Positions 42,998 to 53,438 are shown, counted from the stretch's first letter. The stretch is 64,000 nucleotides of DNA from Candidatus Poribacteria bacterium (GCA_965198175.1 OZ240245.1:4416001-4480000), one strand, 5' to 3'. Made by a program: numbers and translations. Notes: generated from the letters alone by a model not told the origin.

Positions 42998-44218
42998 ATG
43001 CACGCGGAACTTGTGATGATTGGCACCGAACTCCTACTGGGCGAGATAGTCGATACGAACGCCAACCGATTAGCAATCGCGCTCCGCGATATCGGGTTAG
43101 ATTTATATTACAAAACCACCGTTGGCGATAACGAGACCCGTATCACCGAAATCCTCAATCGTGCGCTGGATCGTTCGGATGTGGTCATCACCTCTGGCGG
43201 CATCGGTCCCACAGTGGACGATCTCACACGCCAAGCGGTCGCCAACGCCACAGGTCGTAAACTCGTGTACAGCGATGAGCTCGAGGCGCAAATTGCGGAA
43301 CGGTTTCGTCGTTTCGGTCGGGAGATGGCGGAAAACAATAAGCGCCAAGCGTATATTCCCGAAGGGGCGACGCCGTTATCCAACCCTGTTGGAACTGCGC
43401 CGTGTTTTTTGAGCGAGGATCGACGCGGACGAGGCTTTGTAATTTCTCTGCCCGGCGTTCCGCGCGAGCTTGAGTATATGATGGAGCATACGGTGATTCC
43501 ACTGCTTGTTGCGCGGATGGGCGGGAAGAAGGTCACGAAGGTGCGCGTTTTGCGGACATGCGCCGTTGGCGAGAGTAACGTGGATCGGGCAATCGGGGAT
43601 TTAATGACTTCGGCAAACCCGACGGTTGGATTGGCTGCGCACGTGGGTCAGACTGATGTGCGGATCGCAGCCAAAGCCGACACCGAAGCGGAAGCGGACG
43701 CGCTGATTGCGCCGATGGAGGCTAAACTTCGGGAGCGGTTGGGTGTGGCGATTTATGGTGTGGCGCGGGAAACATTGCCGGATGTTGTGGGGCGCTTATT
43801 GACCGAGCGAGATTTGAAGCTAGGGGTCGTTGACACGCTTACTAACGATCAACTGGCTCGCGAGCTAATCGAAGCCGGGTACGGCGATTTGATAAAAAGC
43901 GCCTCGTCGCCGGCAGATTTGGCGGAGGCGTTGGAGGCTTGCGATCTTGATTTCCATTCACGGGAAGCTGATATCCGGGTTCAGGCAACTGCACTGACTG
44001 CACGGGTCGCTCCGGTTAACGGTTTAGGGCTGGCGCTCTTGGGACCATTTGAGGAGAATTCGACCTACATCCTTCTCCAGGGACCAGGGGACGCTCGCCT
44101 CTTCGAACGCAGCCGCAACTATCAGGATACCGACTATATCCGTCGGTGGCTGGCTATCCAAGGGATGGACTGCATACGCCGGACGATCTTGGGGGTGCTG
44201 AAATCGCCGGTAGACTGA
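42998..44218 (+). CDS. cinA: CinA-like competence/damage-inducible protein (MoCF domain; PncC domain degenerate)
   Basis: IGTELLLG..DTN, VGDN, GGIGPT.DD.T, GTAP, LPGVP.E; lacks the AESCTGG deamidase motif. Confidence 0.85.
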   Translation: MHAELVMIGTELLLGEIVDTNANRLAIALRDIGLDLYYKTTVGDNETRITEILNRALDRSDVVITSGGIGPTVDDLTRQAVANATGRKLVYSDELEAQIAERFRRFGREMAENNKRQAYIPEGATPLSNPVGTAPCFLSEDRRGRGFVISLPGVPRELEYMMEHTVIPLLVARMGGKKVTKVRVLRTCAVGESNVDRAIGDLMTSANPTVGLAAHVGQTDVRIAAKADTEAEADALIAPMEAKLRERLGVAIYGVARETLPDVVGRLLTERDLKLGVVDTLTNDQLARELIEAGYGDLIKSASSPADLAEALEACDLDFHSREADIRVQATALTARVAPVNGLGLALLGPFEENSTYILLQGPGDARLFERSRNYQDTDYIRRWLAIQGMDCIRRTILGVLKSPVD

Positions 44219-44258
44219 ATTAGGCAGCATTGAGGAAGGCAATTTTATCCAACCAAAA

Positions 44259-45155
44259 TCAACTGAGTTGGTGCCAATCCCCCCCAACCTGATCGAAACG
44301 GCGGTACAGCTCGGCAACGGCTTCTTGTGAGATTGAGAGACCGCTATTGAACAACTCGATGTTTTGACGCATATTATCGGGATTTTTTGTCCCGACGATT
44401 GCCGTATCCACCTCCTCATGGGCGAAGGTGAAGCTCATTGGGAGCAGGATACGGTGTTTCGGTGCGCCGGGGAGGGGACCCATCGCATCCATGATTTTCG
44501 CACGTTCAAAGTAATCGTCATAATAGGCGCTGGGGCTTTTGGATGCCCGCCATACGGCGTTGGCAATTGGGCGTTTGATGATGATGCCGATTTCGTTGGC
44601 TTCCGCATCGGGAAATAGGTTTGTGCGGGCGCGTTGGTCAATGAGGTTGAAACTAGTCTGGAGTGTGTCAAACAAGCCGCTGTCGATGACCCATCGGGTG
44701 GATTCGTTGTCCCCGCTGTGGCCGATGAAGCGCGTTTTGCCTGCTTTCTTGGCGTCCAGAAGTGCCTGGACAGCGTCGCTTTGCTCCAGGATGTGCACGC
44801 CGCAGGAGTGCAGTTGCACGATATCCAGGTAATCGGTCCGCATTCGGCTCAAGCTGCGGTCGATGTTTTCATTGACAGTTTCAGCGGACCAGTCCTCGCC
44901 GGCTCCGCCGTGCCCGCATTTGGTGGCTAGGAAGTATTCGCGGCGACGGTGTGCAATGGTGCGACCGATTAGCTCTTCGCTGATACCGTAACAGGCGGCG
45001 GTGTCGAGCAAGTTAACTCCGGCGTCGAGCGCGGTATTGAGGACTTCTCCTGCTTGCCGCGTTTCATTCAATGTCAACTCAAATCCGATCCAGGCAAGCC
45101 CTAAGCCCAAGCGGCTTACTTCAAGACCCGTCTTACCCAAAGTCCGTTTCTCCAC
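44259..45155 (-). CDS. Aldo/keto reductase
   Basis: LGKTG..VS.LGLG, DTA..YG.SE, TK, SL.R..TDYLD..QLH. Confidence 0.92.
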   Translation of the reverse strand: MEKRTLGKTGLEVSRLGLGLAWIGFELTLNETRQAGEVLNTALDAGVNLLDTAACYGISEELIGRTIAHRRREYFLATKCGHGGAGEDWSAETVNENIDRSLSRMRTDYLDIVQLHSCGVHILEQSDAVQALLDAKKAGKTRFIGHSGDNESTRWVIDSGLFDTLQTSFNLIDQRARTNLFPDAEANEIGIIIKRPIANAVWRASKSPSAYYDDYFERAKIMDAMGPLPGAPKHRILLPMSFTFAHEEVDTAIVGTKNPDNMRQNIELFNSGLSISQEAVAELYRRFDQVGGDWHQLS

Positions 45156-45505
45156 TTCGTCCTCTCCAATAACAGTGATAGGGTTTACGCAACCGGCATG
45201 CGAACCGCAGGAAAACTCAGTTGTTGTCGCCGGAACTGAGAAATGGCGGATTAGACTCCCTTATTTTCCCTCCAGTTGTCAAACTGAATCTTCTTGACTT
45301 TATTCCCCTTTCATGCCAGAATAAGGGAAGCGCAAAAACCGTGTTTACGAGCCGCACTACTCTATTTTATCAGATTTGCAGACGCGTTTCAATCTGAATT
45401 CGACAGCGTTTGCCGTTATGTTAAGCTCTGGATAGGCGACGACACTAAAGTCACTGCAACTAAAAATTACACATATTAATCCGATCAAAAAGGGGTGTCA
45501 ACCCC

Positions 45506-45607
45506 TAAGACTATCGCGCTCCTTATCCAGTCGCTTGATCTATTCGCTTAGTTGATCCTATTCGGTCACTTGATCCTCGACAATCGGGAGAAGGATCTCC
45601 CTCCCAC
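45506..45607. repeat. Three tandem GATCAA-type modules plus a class-2 REP
   Basis: Reverse GATCAAGTGACCGAATAG-GATCAACTAAGCGAATA-GATCAAGCGACTGGATAA; reverse GTGGGAGGGAGATCCTTCTCCCGA at about 45584-45607. Confidence 0.7.
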
Positions 45608-45666
45608 AGTGTTGCTCCATGCGACTTTGCAGACTCGTGGGTAATAGTAAGTACCAGGAGGTATAA

Positions 45667-46713
45667 ATGATAATCAAGACTGCGGATGATCTTCATGCGC
45701 TTGCCAGAGAGATTCTACTGAAGGGGGGTGCGGATGAACACAACGCGGACATTGTTGCAGAGCACCTTGTATCGGCGAATCTAAGCGGGGTCGACACACA
45801 TGGCGTCTGGCACTTGCCCTTCTATGTGAAAGGGATGCAAGCCGGTGAGATTGTCCCCACAGCCCGTCCTGAAATTCAAAGCGAAACTGCCACGAGCGCT
45901 CTGGTTAAAGGTAACTGGGCTTTCGGTCATGTGACAGCAAAGTACGCGATGGAGGCGGCAATCGAAAAGGCGAGGGTACATCATGTGGCGGTGGTCGGTC
46001 TTGTTCAAGCCTGCCACATCGGTCGACTGGGTCACTATGTGGAAATGGCGGCGTCTGAAGGGATGATTTCCATGCTCTGGGCGGGCGGGTTTGGTGTGGA
46101 GGCACCCGCAACTGCCCCCTACGGCGGAAGAGAACGGGCACTGCATACCAACCCGTTAGCGATGGGATTCCCCGCCGGCGGTGAACCGCCAATGATGTTT
46201 GACTTCGCCACGACTGCGGTGTCCGGTGTTAAGGTCGTCAACGCGCAGCGCAGGGGTGAACAGCTACCGCCCGGATGCATCGTTGACAAAGATGGCAATC
46301 CGAGCACTGATCCGAACGACTACTTTGATGGAGGTGCATTTGCGCCATTTGGTGGACATAAGGGATATGCGCTAATGATGGCAGTGGAGTTTCTTGGACG
46401 CATCTTTACGGGCAGCGACACCTTCACCGATGTCGGTCGAGGCGGTGCAATAATGGCACATCAAGGTGTAACGATGATTGTCTTGAAAGCGGATCTGTTC
46501 CGACCGTTCGCCGCGTATGCAAGCCAAGTGGATGAGATGGGAGGTCGGATTAGGGCTGTGGCGCCTGCGCCCGGCTTCGAAGCGGTGCTCATGCCGGGCG
46601 ATCCAGAGGCGCAAACGCGCGCCACCCGTCAACGTGAGGGAATTCCAATCGCCGACGATATTTGGGGGTCAATTACGGAAGTCGCTGCATCGCTGGGCGT
46701 GCAGGCTGTCTAG
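45667..46713 (+). CDS. Ldh_2-family oxidoreductase
   Basis: GVDTHG, HIGRLG.Y, TNP, DFATT, FGGHKGYAL, MPG.PE. Confidence 0.9.
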   Translation: MIIKTADDLHALAREILLKGGADEHNADIVAEHLVSANLSGVDTHGVWHLPFYVKGMQAGEIVPTARPEIQSETATSALVKGNWAFGHVTAKYAMEAAIEKARVHHVAVVGLVQACHIGRLGHYVEMAASEGMISMLWAGGFGVEAPATAPYGGRERALHTNPLAMGFPAGGEPPMMFDFATTAVSGVKVVNAQRRGEQLPPGCIVDKDGNPSTDPNDYFDGGAFAPFGGHKGYALMMAVEFLGRIFTGSDTFTDVGRGGAIMAHQGVTMIVLKADLFRPFAAYASQVDEMGGRIRAVAPAPGFEAVLMPGDPEAQTRATRQREGIPIADDIWGSITEVAASLGVQAV

Positions 46714-46990
46714 TATTCCATATCCCTAGATATGAAGTACATTCTGCGCACGATTGAGTGAAGTGAAAAATTAGATTCTGCTATCTCCTTTTCATCAGAG
46801 AGAGACAAGACTTTAAGGACTACGAATAATCAGAAAGAAAGATTTATTGCTGTTGGCGAAGAGTGGAATCCCAGAAATTCAGGAGTATATCATGAAACGC
46901 ACCGCTTTCTGTTGACGTAAATTGAATGTAAGCTTTCTAACTGTCAGCAATGAGTGCAAATCCAGAGATTGAGATATGAAGGAGTATACC

Positions 46991-48580
46991 ATGAAACGCA
47001 CCGCTTTTTGGTTTGGGGGAATTATTATACTGGTGTGTGTGCTTGTACCGATGATGAGCTACGCAACTCCAGCTTTTTTGGTACGGGGTCTTGTAACAGA
47101 TGCAAACAATAATCGGATTGATGGGCTTGATGTCACTGTTGAAAATACATCGAGGTCTATTCCAGCAATGACGGGACGCACTGGGGAAAGTGGCAACGGG
47201 ATTTATTCCGTTTTCTTTTTCAGTCTTTCTGGGGCCGCCGCGGAATCCGGCGATGAGATACAAGTCACCGTCGAACAAGAGGGGGAAGTTGTCGCTGAAG
47301 CAACGTACATACTGACCGACGACGATATCGAAGCAGCCAGCGCAGTTATTGATATTCAGATTGAATCGAGAGTTCCCGCGCCAATCCTTGACAGCGCCGC
47401 GTCGGATAGCGGCATAATTACCGGTGGCAAAATCGTTCAATTACTCGGAGAGAATTTTCAAGAAGGCGCAAGCGTTATCGTCGCGGGCAATGCGATTTTG
47501 GAGGTAGATTTTGTCTCTCCAACCGAACTCACCATCACAATCCCCGAAGGCGCGGCTGGAGTTGTCGAAATTGTCCTCACCAACCCGGATGGGCAATCGG
47601 ACACAATCGTTATTGAGATTGAACCGAGAGTTCCCGCGCCAATCCTTGACAGCGCCGCATCGGATAGCGGCATAATTACCGGTGGCAAAATCGTTCAATT
47701 ACTCGGAGAGAATTTTCAAGAAGGTGCAAGCGTTACCGTCGGAGGCAACGAGATTTTGGAGGTGGATTTTGTCTCTCCAACCGAACTCACCATCACAATC
47801 CCCGAAGGCGCGGCTGGGGTTGTCGAAATTGTACTCACCAATCCGGATGGGCAATCGGCGGCAATTGAGTTTACATACGTCGAACTGCTTTCATCAGATA
47901 TCAACAGGGATGGGGTTATCGATATCTTTGATCTTGTAATAGTCGGCGGCAGGTTTGGAGAATCCGGCGAAGGATTAGCCGGGGATGTAGATGGGAATGG
48001 AGTCGTCGATATTTTCGATCTTGTGCGCGTGGCGCGCCGATTCGGAGAATCAAGCATTGTCGCGGCGGCGCCATCGGTCCACACCGTGAAGGGCAGCTTC
48101 ACTGCGGATCGCCCAACACCCAAGCAGGCGGGCACTCGCGTTCGCACCATCCCAATGGACTCAGACATCAGCCGTCGTTTACGTACGGCTTTGACCGAGT
48201 TAGAGCGTATATCTAATGTGATGCCAGAGGTGCGCTTAGGTGCAGACATGCTGCGCAAGTGGCTGGTAGTTAACTCCGGCATCCCAACGAATACGCAGCT
48301 TCTCCCCAACTACCCGAACCCCTTCAACCCGGAGACATGGATTCCGTACCATCTCGCCCGCGACGCCGATACCACTCTTTCCATTTATGACGCAAGAGGT
48401 GCAATGGTGCGTCAATTCAAATTGGGGCATCAGTCTGCAGGATTCTATACTGATCCGGGTCATGCGGTATATTGGGATGGCTACAACGAACGCGGCGAAT
48501 CGGTCGCAAGCGGCACCTATTTCTACCAACTCCGGGCGGGCGATTATACCGCGTTGCGGCGGATGGTAATTGTGAAATAG
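46991..48580 (+). CDS. Secreted protein with two IPT/TIG domains, dockerin-like EF repeats and a C-terminal FlgD/T9SS-like module
   Basis: Signal peptide; G.NF..G..V, LT.TIP, NPDGQS; DINRDGVIDIFDL and DVDGNGVVDIFDL; PNYPNPFNPETWIPY, WDG.N..GE.VASG.YFY. Confidence 0.85.
   Translation: MKRTAFWFGGIIILVCVLVPMMSYATPAFLVRGLVTDANNNRIDGLDVTVENTSRSIPAMTGRTGESGNGIYSVFFFSLSGAAAESGDEIQVTVEQEGEVVAEATYILTDDDIEAASAVIDIQIESRVPAPILDSAASDSGIITGGKIVQLLGENFQEGASVIVAGNAILEVDFVSPTELTITIPEGAAGVVEIVLTNPDGQSDTIVIEIEPRVPAPILDSAASDSGIITGGKIVQLLGENFQEGASVTVGGNEILEVDFVSPTELTITIPEGAAGVVEIVLTNPDGQSAAIEFTYVELLSSDINRDGVIDIFDLVIVGGRFGESGEGLAGDVDGNGVVDIFDLVRVARRFGESSIVAAAPSVHTVKGSFTADRPTPKQAGTRVRTIPMDSDISRRLRTALTELERISNVMPEVRLGADMLRKWLVVNSGIPTNTQLLPNYPNPFNPETWIPYHLARDADTTLSIYDARGAMVRQFKLGHQSAGFYTDPGHAVYWDGYNERGESVASGTYFYQLRAGDYTALRRMVIVK
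47357..47858 (+). repeat. 258-bp (86-aa) near-identical tandem duplication of the IPT domain
   Basis: Equivalent positions 47372 and 47630. Confidence 0.9.
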
Positions 48581-48758
48581 TATCAAGCGACCAGATGCGG
48601 GTTGGAATACTGAGGTCTATTAATCCCCAGAGATTACAACTGAACAAGGGGTGTGGGACGCCAATTCTATCCATCAAGAAATCCATACGGATGCAGAAAA
48701 GTATACCCATCAGAGAAGCATCGAATAATGGTTAAATGGTAGGTCATACACGCAGAGG

Positions 48759-50642
48759 TCAGTTGCGTGATGTCTCAATCAGGTGCGAACTTGTCAGCGC
48801 GTCTCGCACATCGGTGTCATTGCTCGTTACGATGACCTGATGATTGTCGGCAAGCTGGTGAATAAACGCAATCATCAAGTCTTTGCGTTCCCCATCCAGA
48901 TGTAGGGTCGGATCATCGAAGATAAAAAAGCCAGTATTCCCCAACACCGTTGACAGTGCGGCTTTGAAGCAGAGATAAAGAATCATCTTTTCACTGCCGC
49001 TGAGCAGCATTAGATTGCGTTCAACGCCGTTGATGTTTAGAGACGGGAGCAGGTGCTGACTTTTCAGGTCTACTTTAGCAAATTCGAAAAGATTCATCCG
49101 TTTTAACCAACGCTGGAGTTCTTCCTCGGCGGGCTGTAGCATCTGTTGTTGTAGGGTTTCGATTGTTTTTTCCACGCCGGCACAAGCGAGCTCAAAGCTA
49201 AGACGTGTCCGTAGGATTTTGTCGGCTTCGGTTTGAACGCCTTGAAGTTCCTTGAGTTTATGGGTTAACACCGCTTCTTCTTGGTTGAGTGTGCCGAGCC
49301 GCTGTCGCAAAGCATCAATCTGGGATTTCAATCGGCGTCGGATTTCAGTCATCTGCACCGCATCAGGCTGCGCCTCAGCCGTTGTATCCGTTTGCGATGG
49401 CGCGGCAGGCTGTAGCGCGTTCAATCGATCCGTGACGGTCTTGAATTCACGCTGCAACTCCGAAAATTGGGTTTCGACACGATCAAGCATCTGCACTTTA
49501 TTCAACAGGAGTTGACGCCGCTGGTTGAGTTCGCGCAATGCGTTGACATCATCCGTGTGTTTATTGAGGATTACCTCTTTCGTATCAAGTTCGCGCTGGC
49601 ACTTTTCTCGCTCCGACAACTTTTCGTCAATGATTTGCGCGATTGTCTCTTGCTGAATAGGCTGATGGCAGGTCGGACAATGTCCTTGATTGCTAGTGAT
49701 GAACTGACGTAAGGTTTCACATGCCCCGTCCAACGTCCGAATCTGGCTCGTCAGACTGCCGACGTCCTGAATAACTTTCTCCCGTTCCGTCTCCAATCCC
49801 TGCGCCTCTGAAATCGCCGTTTCAATCACCCCAATCGCTTCGTGTAGATGCACTGGATCGGTAAAGCCGCTAAGAATTGAGGCACGCTCCTGACGCAACG
49901 TATCTATCTGCTGCTGGAGCCGGGCACGTGTCTGACTCAGCTCAGCGATTAACAGCACATCGCCATCTTCGGCAGCTTTGCTTGATAGGCTTTCATATTC
50001 CACCTCTAAGGCTTTCAGTTCGTCCTCAATACGCTTAATTTCTTCTCCATGCCCCTTGACGGTTGTTACCCGCAGGCTGCGTTGATGGTCTTGAACCCGC
50101 TTTTCCTCCCGCTTGGCAAGCCGCCGTCCCTCAATGAACCGTTCGCGAACATCTATTAAGCGATCGATACCAAGCAGCGCATACAAAATATCACGCCGAT
50201 TCGAGGGCTGCCGGGCAAGAAATTCAAAGATTTCACCCTCCCTCAGGAAGGTTGCTGCAGAAAGATGGTGATAACTCAGTTGAACAATCTTCTGAAGCTC
50301 GGCGTCCGCCAAGCGTTTCCCCGTGATAAGGACACGCCACCCGTCGTCCTCTTGAAGGCGGAGTTGGACGTCTCCGTTGGTTGATCGAAAAAGTTGATAA
50401 CGCTTCCCTTTATCGCGGAACCTGAGTCCTGCTGTGCCGCTCGACGCGCCGGATCGTGTCATTGCAGACAGTGTAACCCGGGGGATGATCGGTTTGCCGG
50501 TTAGCGCGAAGAAGATTGCACTAACGAGTGTGCTCTTGCCGCTGAAATTTGGCCCGAAAATCAGATTAATACCTTCGGTCAGATCGAAATCCTTTCGGTC
50601 AAAACACCCAAAGGATTTGAGGATTATGCGTTCTAAGAGCAT
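48759..50642 (-). CDS. Rad50/SbcC-like SMC-family ATPase with zinc hook
   Basis: Walker A GPNFSGKS, coiled coils around a CPTC hook, signature LSGSEK, Walker B/D-loop FIFDDPTLHLD. Confidence 0.88.
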   Translation of the reverse strand: MLLERIILKSFGCFDRKDFDLTEGINLIFGPNFSGKSTLVSAIFFALTGKPIIPRVTLSAMTRSGASSGTAGLRFRDKGKRYQLFRSTNGDVQLRLQEDDGWRVLITGKRLADAELQKIVQLSYHHLSAATFLREGEIFEFLARQPSNRRDILYALLGIDRLIDVRERFIEGRRLAKREEKRVQDHQRSLRVTTVKGHGEEIKRIEDELKALEVEYESLSSKAAEDGDVLLIAELSQTRARLQQQIDTLRQERASILSGFTDPVHLHEAIGVIETAISEAQGLETEREKVIQDVGSLTSQIRTLDGACETLRQFITSNQGHCPTCHQPIQQETIAQIIDEKLSEREKCQRELDTKEVILNKHTDDVNALRELNQRRQLLLNKVQMLDRVETQFSELQREFKTVTDRLNALQPAAPSQTDTTAEAQPDAVQMTEIRRRLKSQIDALRQRLGTLNQEEAVLTHKLKELQGVQTEADKILRTRLSFELACAGVEKTIETLQQQMLQPAEEELQRWLKRMNLFEFAKVDLKSQHLLPSLNINGVERNLMLLSGSEKMILYLCFKAALSTVLGNTGFFIFDDPTLHLDGERKDLMIAFIHQLADNHQVIVTSNDTDVRDALTSSHLIETSRN

Positions 50643-50645
50643 GCG

Positions 50646-50855
50646 CTATTCTCCACTAACGTCGTCGATCATATCATAGAGCATCTGAGCTGTTACTTTA
50701 TCAACGCCGTGCTCAAAAGTGAACCGAAACGCACGAACGACAGTGTCGACTTCAGATCCACCGAGCACAGTGCGATATTTGCGTTCCGTTGAGACTAATT
50801 TTTGCACTTCCCGCTCGTAAGCCTCAACAAGTTCGTCCTCAAGGGCGGATGTCAT
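50646..50855 (-). CDS. Small acidic hypothetical protein (69 aa)
   Basis: GAGGAG RBS; stop 3 nt before the ATPase ATG. Confidence 0.7.
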   Translation of the reverse strand: MTSALEDELVEAYEREVQKLVSTERKYRTVLGGSEVDTVVRAFRFTFEHGVDKVTAQMLYDMIDDVSGE

Positions 50856-51065
50856 GTTTCTAGTAGACTCCTCAATACTTTAGTCGTTGGTTGATTTCAC
50901 CTGAGGACCAATCGTATAACTCGCTAATCATTAGACCGATCCTGTCTTCAGTGTATCTCCATTCCCCGTTGTCCCATATCCTCACGAATGATAGGCGATC
51001 TCGCGAAAACAATCAAGAAAAAAAGAGGTTTAGATTCATATCGCATGTCGGTCTGATTTTCTTTT

Positions 51066-51094
51066 TTGATTTGTCAAACAAGCTATGATATAAT
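51066..51094 (+). promoter_or_regulatory. sigma70 promoter of the rib operon
   Basis: TTGATT-17 nt-TATAAT with extended TG. Confidence 0.75.
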
Positions 51095-51185
51095 ATTCGT
51101 CAAATAAAACAGACATATTCACTGAGCGGGTGTGTGAAAAAGGGTTCTTTTGATGTGCCTTCACATATCCTCTGAGAGAATCAGA

Positions 51186-51306
51186 GCGTCTTCGGGGGTG
51201 GGTGGAATTCCCCATCGGCGGTAGAGTCCGCGAGTCCTCGATTTTTGTCGAGTACAGATCTGGTGCGATTCCAGAGCCGACGGTAATAGTCCGGAAGGGA
51301 GAAGGC
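51186..51306 (+). ncRNA. FMN riboswitch (RFN element)
   Basis: TCTTCGGGG..GGGTG.AATTCCC.A.CGGCGGT..AGTCCGCGA...CAGATCTGGTG..ATTCCAGAGCCGACGGT.A.AGTCCGGA.GGGAGAAG consensus upstream of ribD. Confidence 0.96.
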
Positions 51307-51323
51307 ACGATCGCGATTCTTCC

Positions 51324-51351
51324 GCCCAAAGCCTGATCTTTGGGCTTTTTT
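51324..51351 (+). terminator. Riboswitch intrinsic terminator
   Basis: GCCCAAAG-CCTGAT-CTTTGGGC followed by TTTTTT. Confidence 0.85.
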
Positions 51352-51367
51352 GCATCAGGAGCGGTAT

Positions 51368-52504
51368 TTGTCTAGGTCATCCCAGTGGTCACCGACAGAT
51401 CAAGAATTCATGCGGTACGCGCTTACGCTCGCTGAAAAATCGCGTGGACGCACAAGTCCTAATCCTTTGGTGGGCGCGGTCATCGTTCGGGATAACAGGA
51501 TTGTCGGCGAGGGATACCATCAAAAGGCTGGGGAAGCCCACGCAGAAGTTCACGCATTGAATCAAGCAGGGGACCTCGCACAGGGGGCGACCCTTTATGT
51601 CACATTGGAACCGTGCTGTCACTGGGGACGGACGCAGCCGTGCACCAAGGCAATTATCCGGGCGGGAATCGCCAACGCTTATGTTGCGCTCGAAGATCCG
51701 GATCCCCGAGTCACCGGTAACGGCAACCGTGAACTGGAAGACGCCGGAATCCACGTGAATGTCGGCTTATGCGAGCGGGAAGCACGACGCCTCAACGAGG
51801 TATATCTCAAATATACGTCCACAAACCAGCCGTTTGTCATCCTCAAAGCCGCAAGCAGTCTTGACGGTAAAATCGCCACTGGTTCGGGCGAATCCCAATG
51901 GATTACGTCACAGGCGTCAAGGGTGAAAGGACATGAGATTCGCGATCAGGTTGACGCAATTGTTGTCGGCATTGAAACGATATTGCACGACAATCCGTCG
52001 TTGACGACGCGATTACCGGACCGGCGCGGAAAAAATCCAATACGAGTTGTCCTTGATTCGCACGGACGTACACCCCCCACAGCGAAAATCTTCAACCCCG
52101 ACGACGGAGCGGGCGTAATCGTCGCTGTGACAGAACAAGCGACTGCGGAAAACATCGCTAACCTGAAGGCGGTCGGCGCAGAAATCTTAACAGTCCAAGA
52201 AAAAGATGCTCGAGTTTGCATGGGAGCATTGATATGTGAGCTTAGACACCGACAAATCACGAGCGTGCTCATTGAAGGCGGCGGGGAAGTTAATGCCTCC
52301 GCTTTAAGGGCGGGAATTGTGGACAAGGTCGTATTCTTTATCGCCCCGAAGTTGATCGGTGGCAAAGCGGCACCTGGGCCGATTGGGGGTGAAGGGATTC
52401 AATACCTGTCAGAGGCTTACACACTCCGTGATTTAACAGTTACGCCAATCAACGGTGACTTCCTCATTGAAGGTTATTTGAATCCTAACTTGCGAAAGAG
52501 ATGA
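51368..52504 (+). CDS. ribD: Riboflavin biosynthesis deaminase/reductase
   Basis: PNPLVGA, HAE, TLEPC.H....PC, SLDGK, EGG; TTG start after AGGAG. Confidence 0.96.
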   Translation: MSRSSQWSPTDQEFMRYALTLAEKSRGRTSPNPLVGAVIVRDNRIVGEGYHQKAGEAHAEVHALNQAGDLAQGATLYVTLEPCCHWGRTQPCTKAIIRAGIANAYVALEDPDPRVTGNGNRELEDAGIHVNVGLCEREARRLNEVYLKYTSTNQPFVILKAASSLDGKIATGSGESQWITSQASRVKGHEIRDQVDAIVVGIETILHDNPSLTTRLPDRRGKNPIRVVLDSHGRTPPTAKIFNPDDGAGVIVAVTEQATAENIANLKAVGAEILTVQEKDARVCMGALICELRHRQITSVLIEGGGEVNASALRAGIVDKVVFFIAPKLIGGKAAPGPIGGEGIQYLSEAYTLRDLTVTPINGDFLIEGYLNPNLRKR

Positions 52505-52606
52505 ATCTAGAAGAGGATAAACGCTTCCATTCTTCACCCCGCTTCAGAGGATTCCTTCAATACTAAAATCTTCTTAGCGCCTTCACATCACAGACTACAA
52601 AATATA

Positions 52607-53251
52607 ATGTTCACAGGAATCGTTGAAACCGTTGGAACCGTCAAACAGATTCAACACGCCCCTCAGGTTGGAACCCTCACAATCGCAGCTTCACAACAAG
52701 CCACAGCGGAAAGCAAAGTCGGCGACAGCATTGCGGTTAGCGGTGTCTGTTTGACAATGACCCGCGTCACCGCCGACAGTTTCACAGCGGATATCTCCGC
52801 TGAAACGCTACGTAAAACAACACTTGGCAATCTCAAACCTGGAGATGTGGTCAATCTCGAACGACCGCTGCGCTTGAGCGATCGGCTGGGCGGACATCTT
52901 GTTTTAGGGCATGTGGACGAAGTGGGAACTGTAAGCGACTGGCAGGACGAGGGATCTCTGATGAGAGTTACGATTTCCCCAACGGCGATGCGGTACGTCG
53001 TATATAAAGGCTCTATCTGTGTCGACGGTGTCAGCTTAACCATCGCGGAGTTGTCCGATGATAGTTTTGAAGTGGCACTCATCCCCCACACGAAGCAGGT
53101 AACAACGCTCGGAAAGCTACGAGTCGGCGCACGTGTAAATATTGAGGTTGATTTGCTAGGGCGTTATGTTGAACGGCTGTTAATTTCTGACCCTCGCAAG
53201 TCCCAAGCAATTGATTTCGCGTTTTTGAGGGAACACGGGTACGTTAGCTAA
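52607..53251 (+). CDS. ribE: Riboflavin synthase
   Basis: MFTGIVE, GVCLT, VNLER, GGH.V.GHVD, GVSLT, IPHT. Confidence 0.96.
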   Translation: MFTGIVETVGTVKQIQHAPQVGTLTIAASQQATAESKVGDSIAVSGVCLTMTRVTADSFTADISAETLRKTTLGNLKPGDVVNLERPLRLSDRLGGHLVLGHVDEVGTVSDWQDEGSLMRVTISPTAMRYVVYKGSICVDGVSLTIAELSDDSFEVALIPHTKQVTTLGKLRVGARVNIEVDLLGRYVERLLISDPRKSQAIDFAFLREHGYVS

Positions 53252-53438
53252 CACCAGTTTGACGCCATTAACGCCACGCCTCTCGAAAAATTCTGGTGTC
53301 TGGCAATCAGTTTTTTGGGCGTGTAGCGTACTCAGCACATTTAACGCATCTATCTAAGCAACAGGAGGAACGCAAATTTTCTCTGCCATAAACTTATCCC
53401 TTTGGAAACAGATTGGTCAGAGTTCTTTGCGATTTTCT

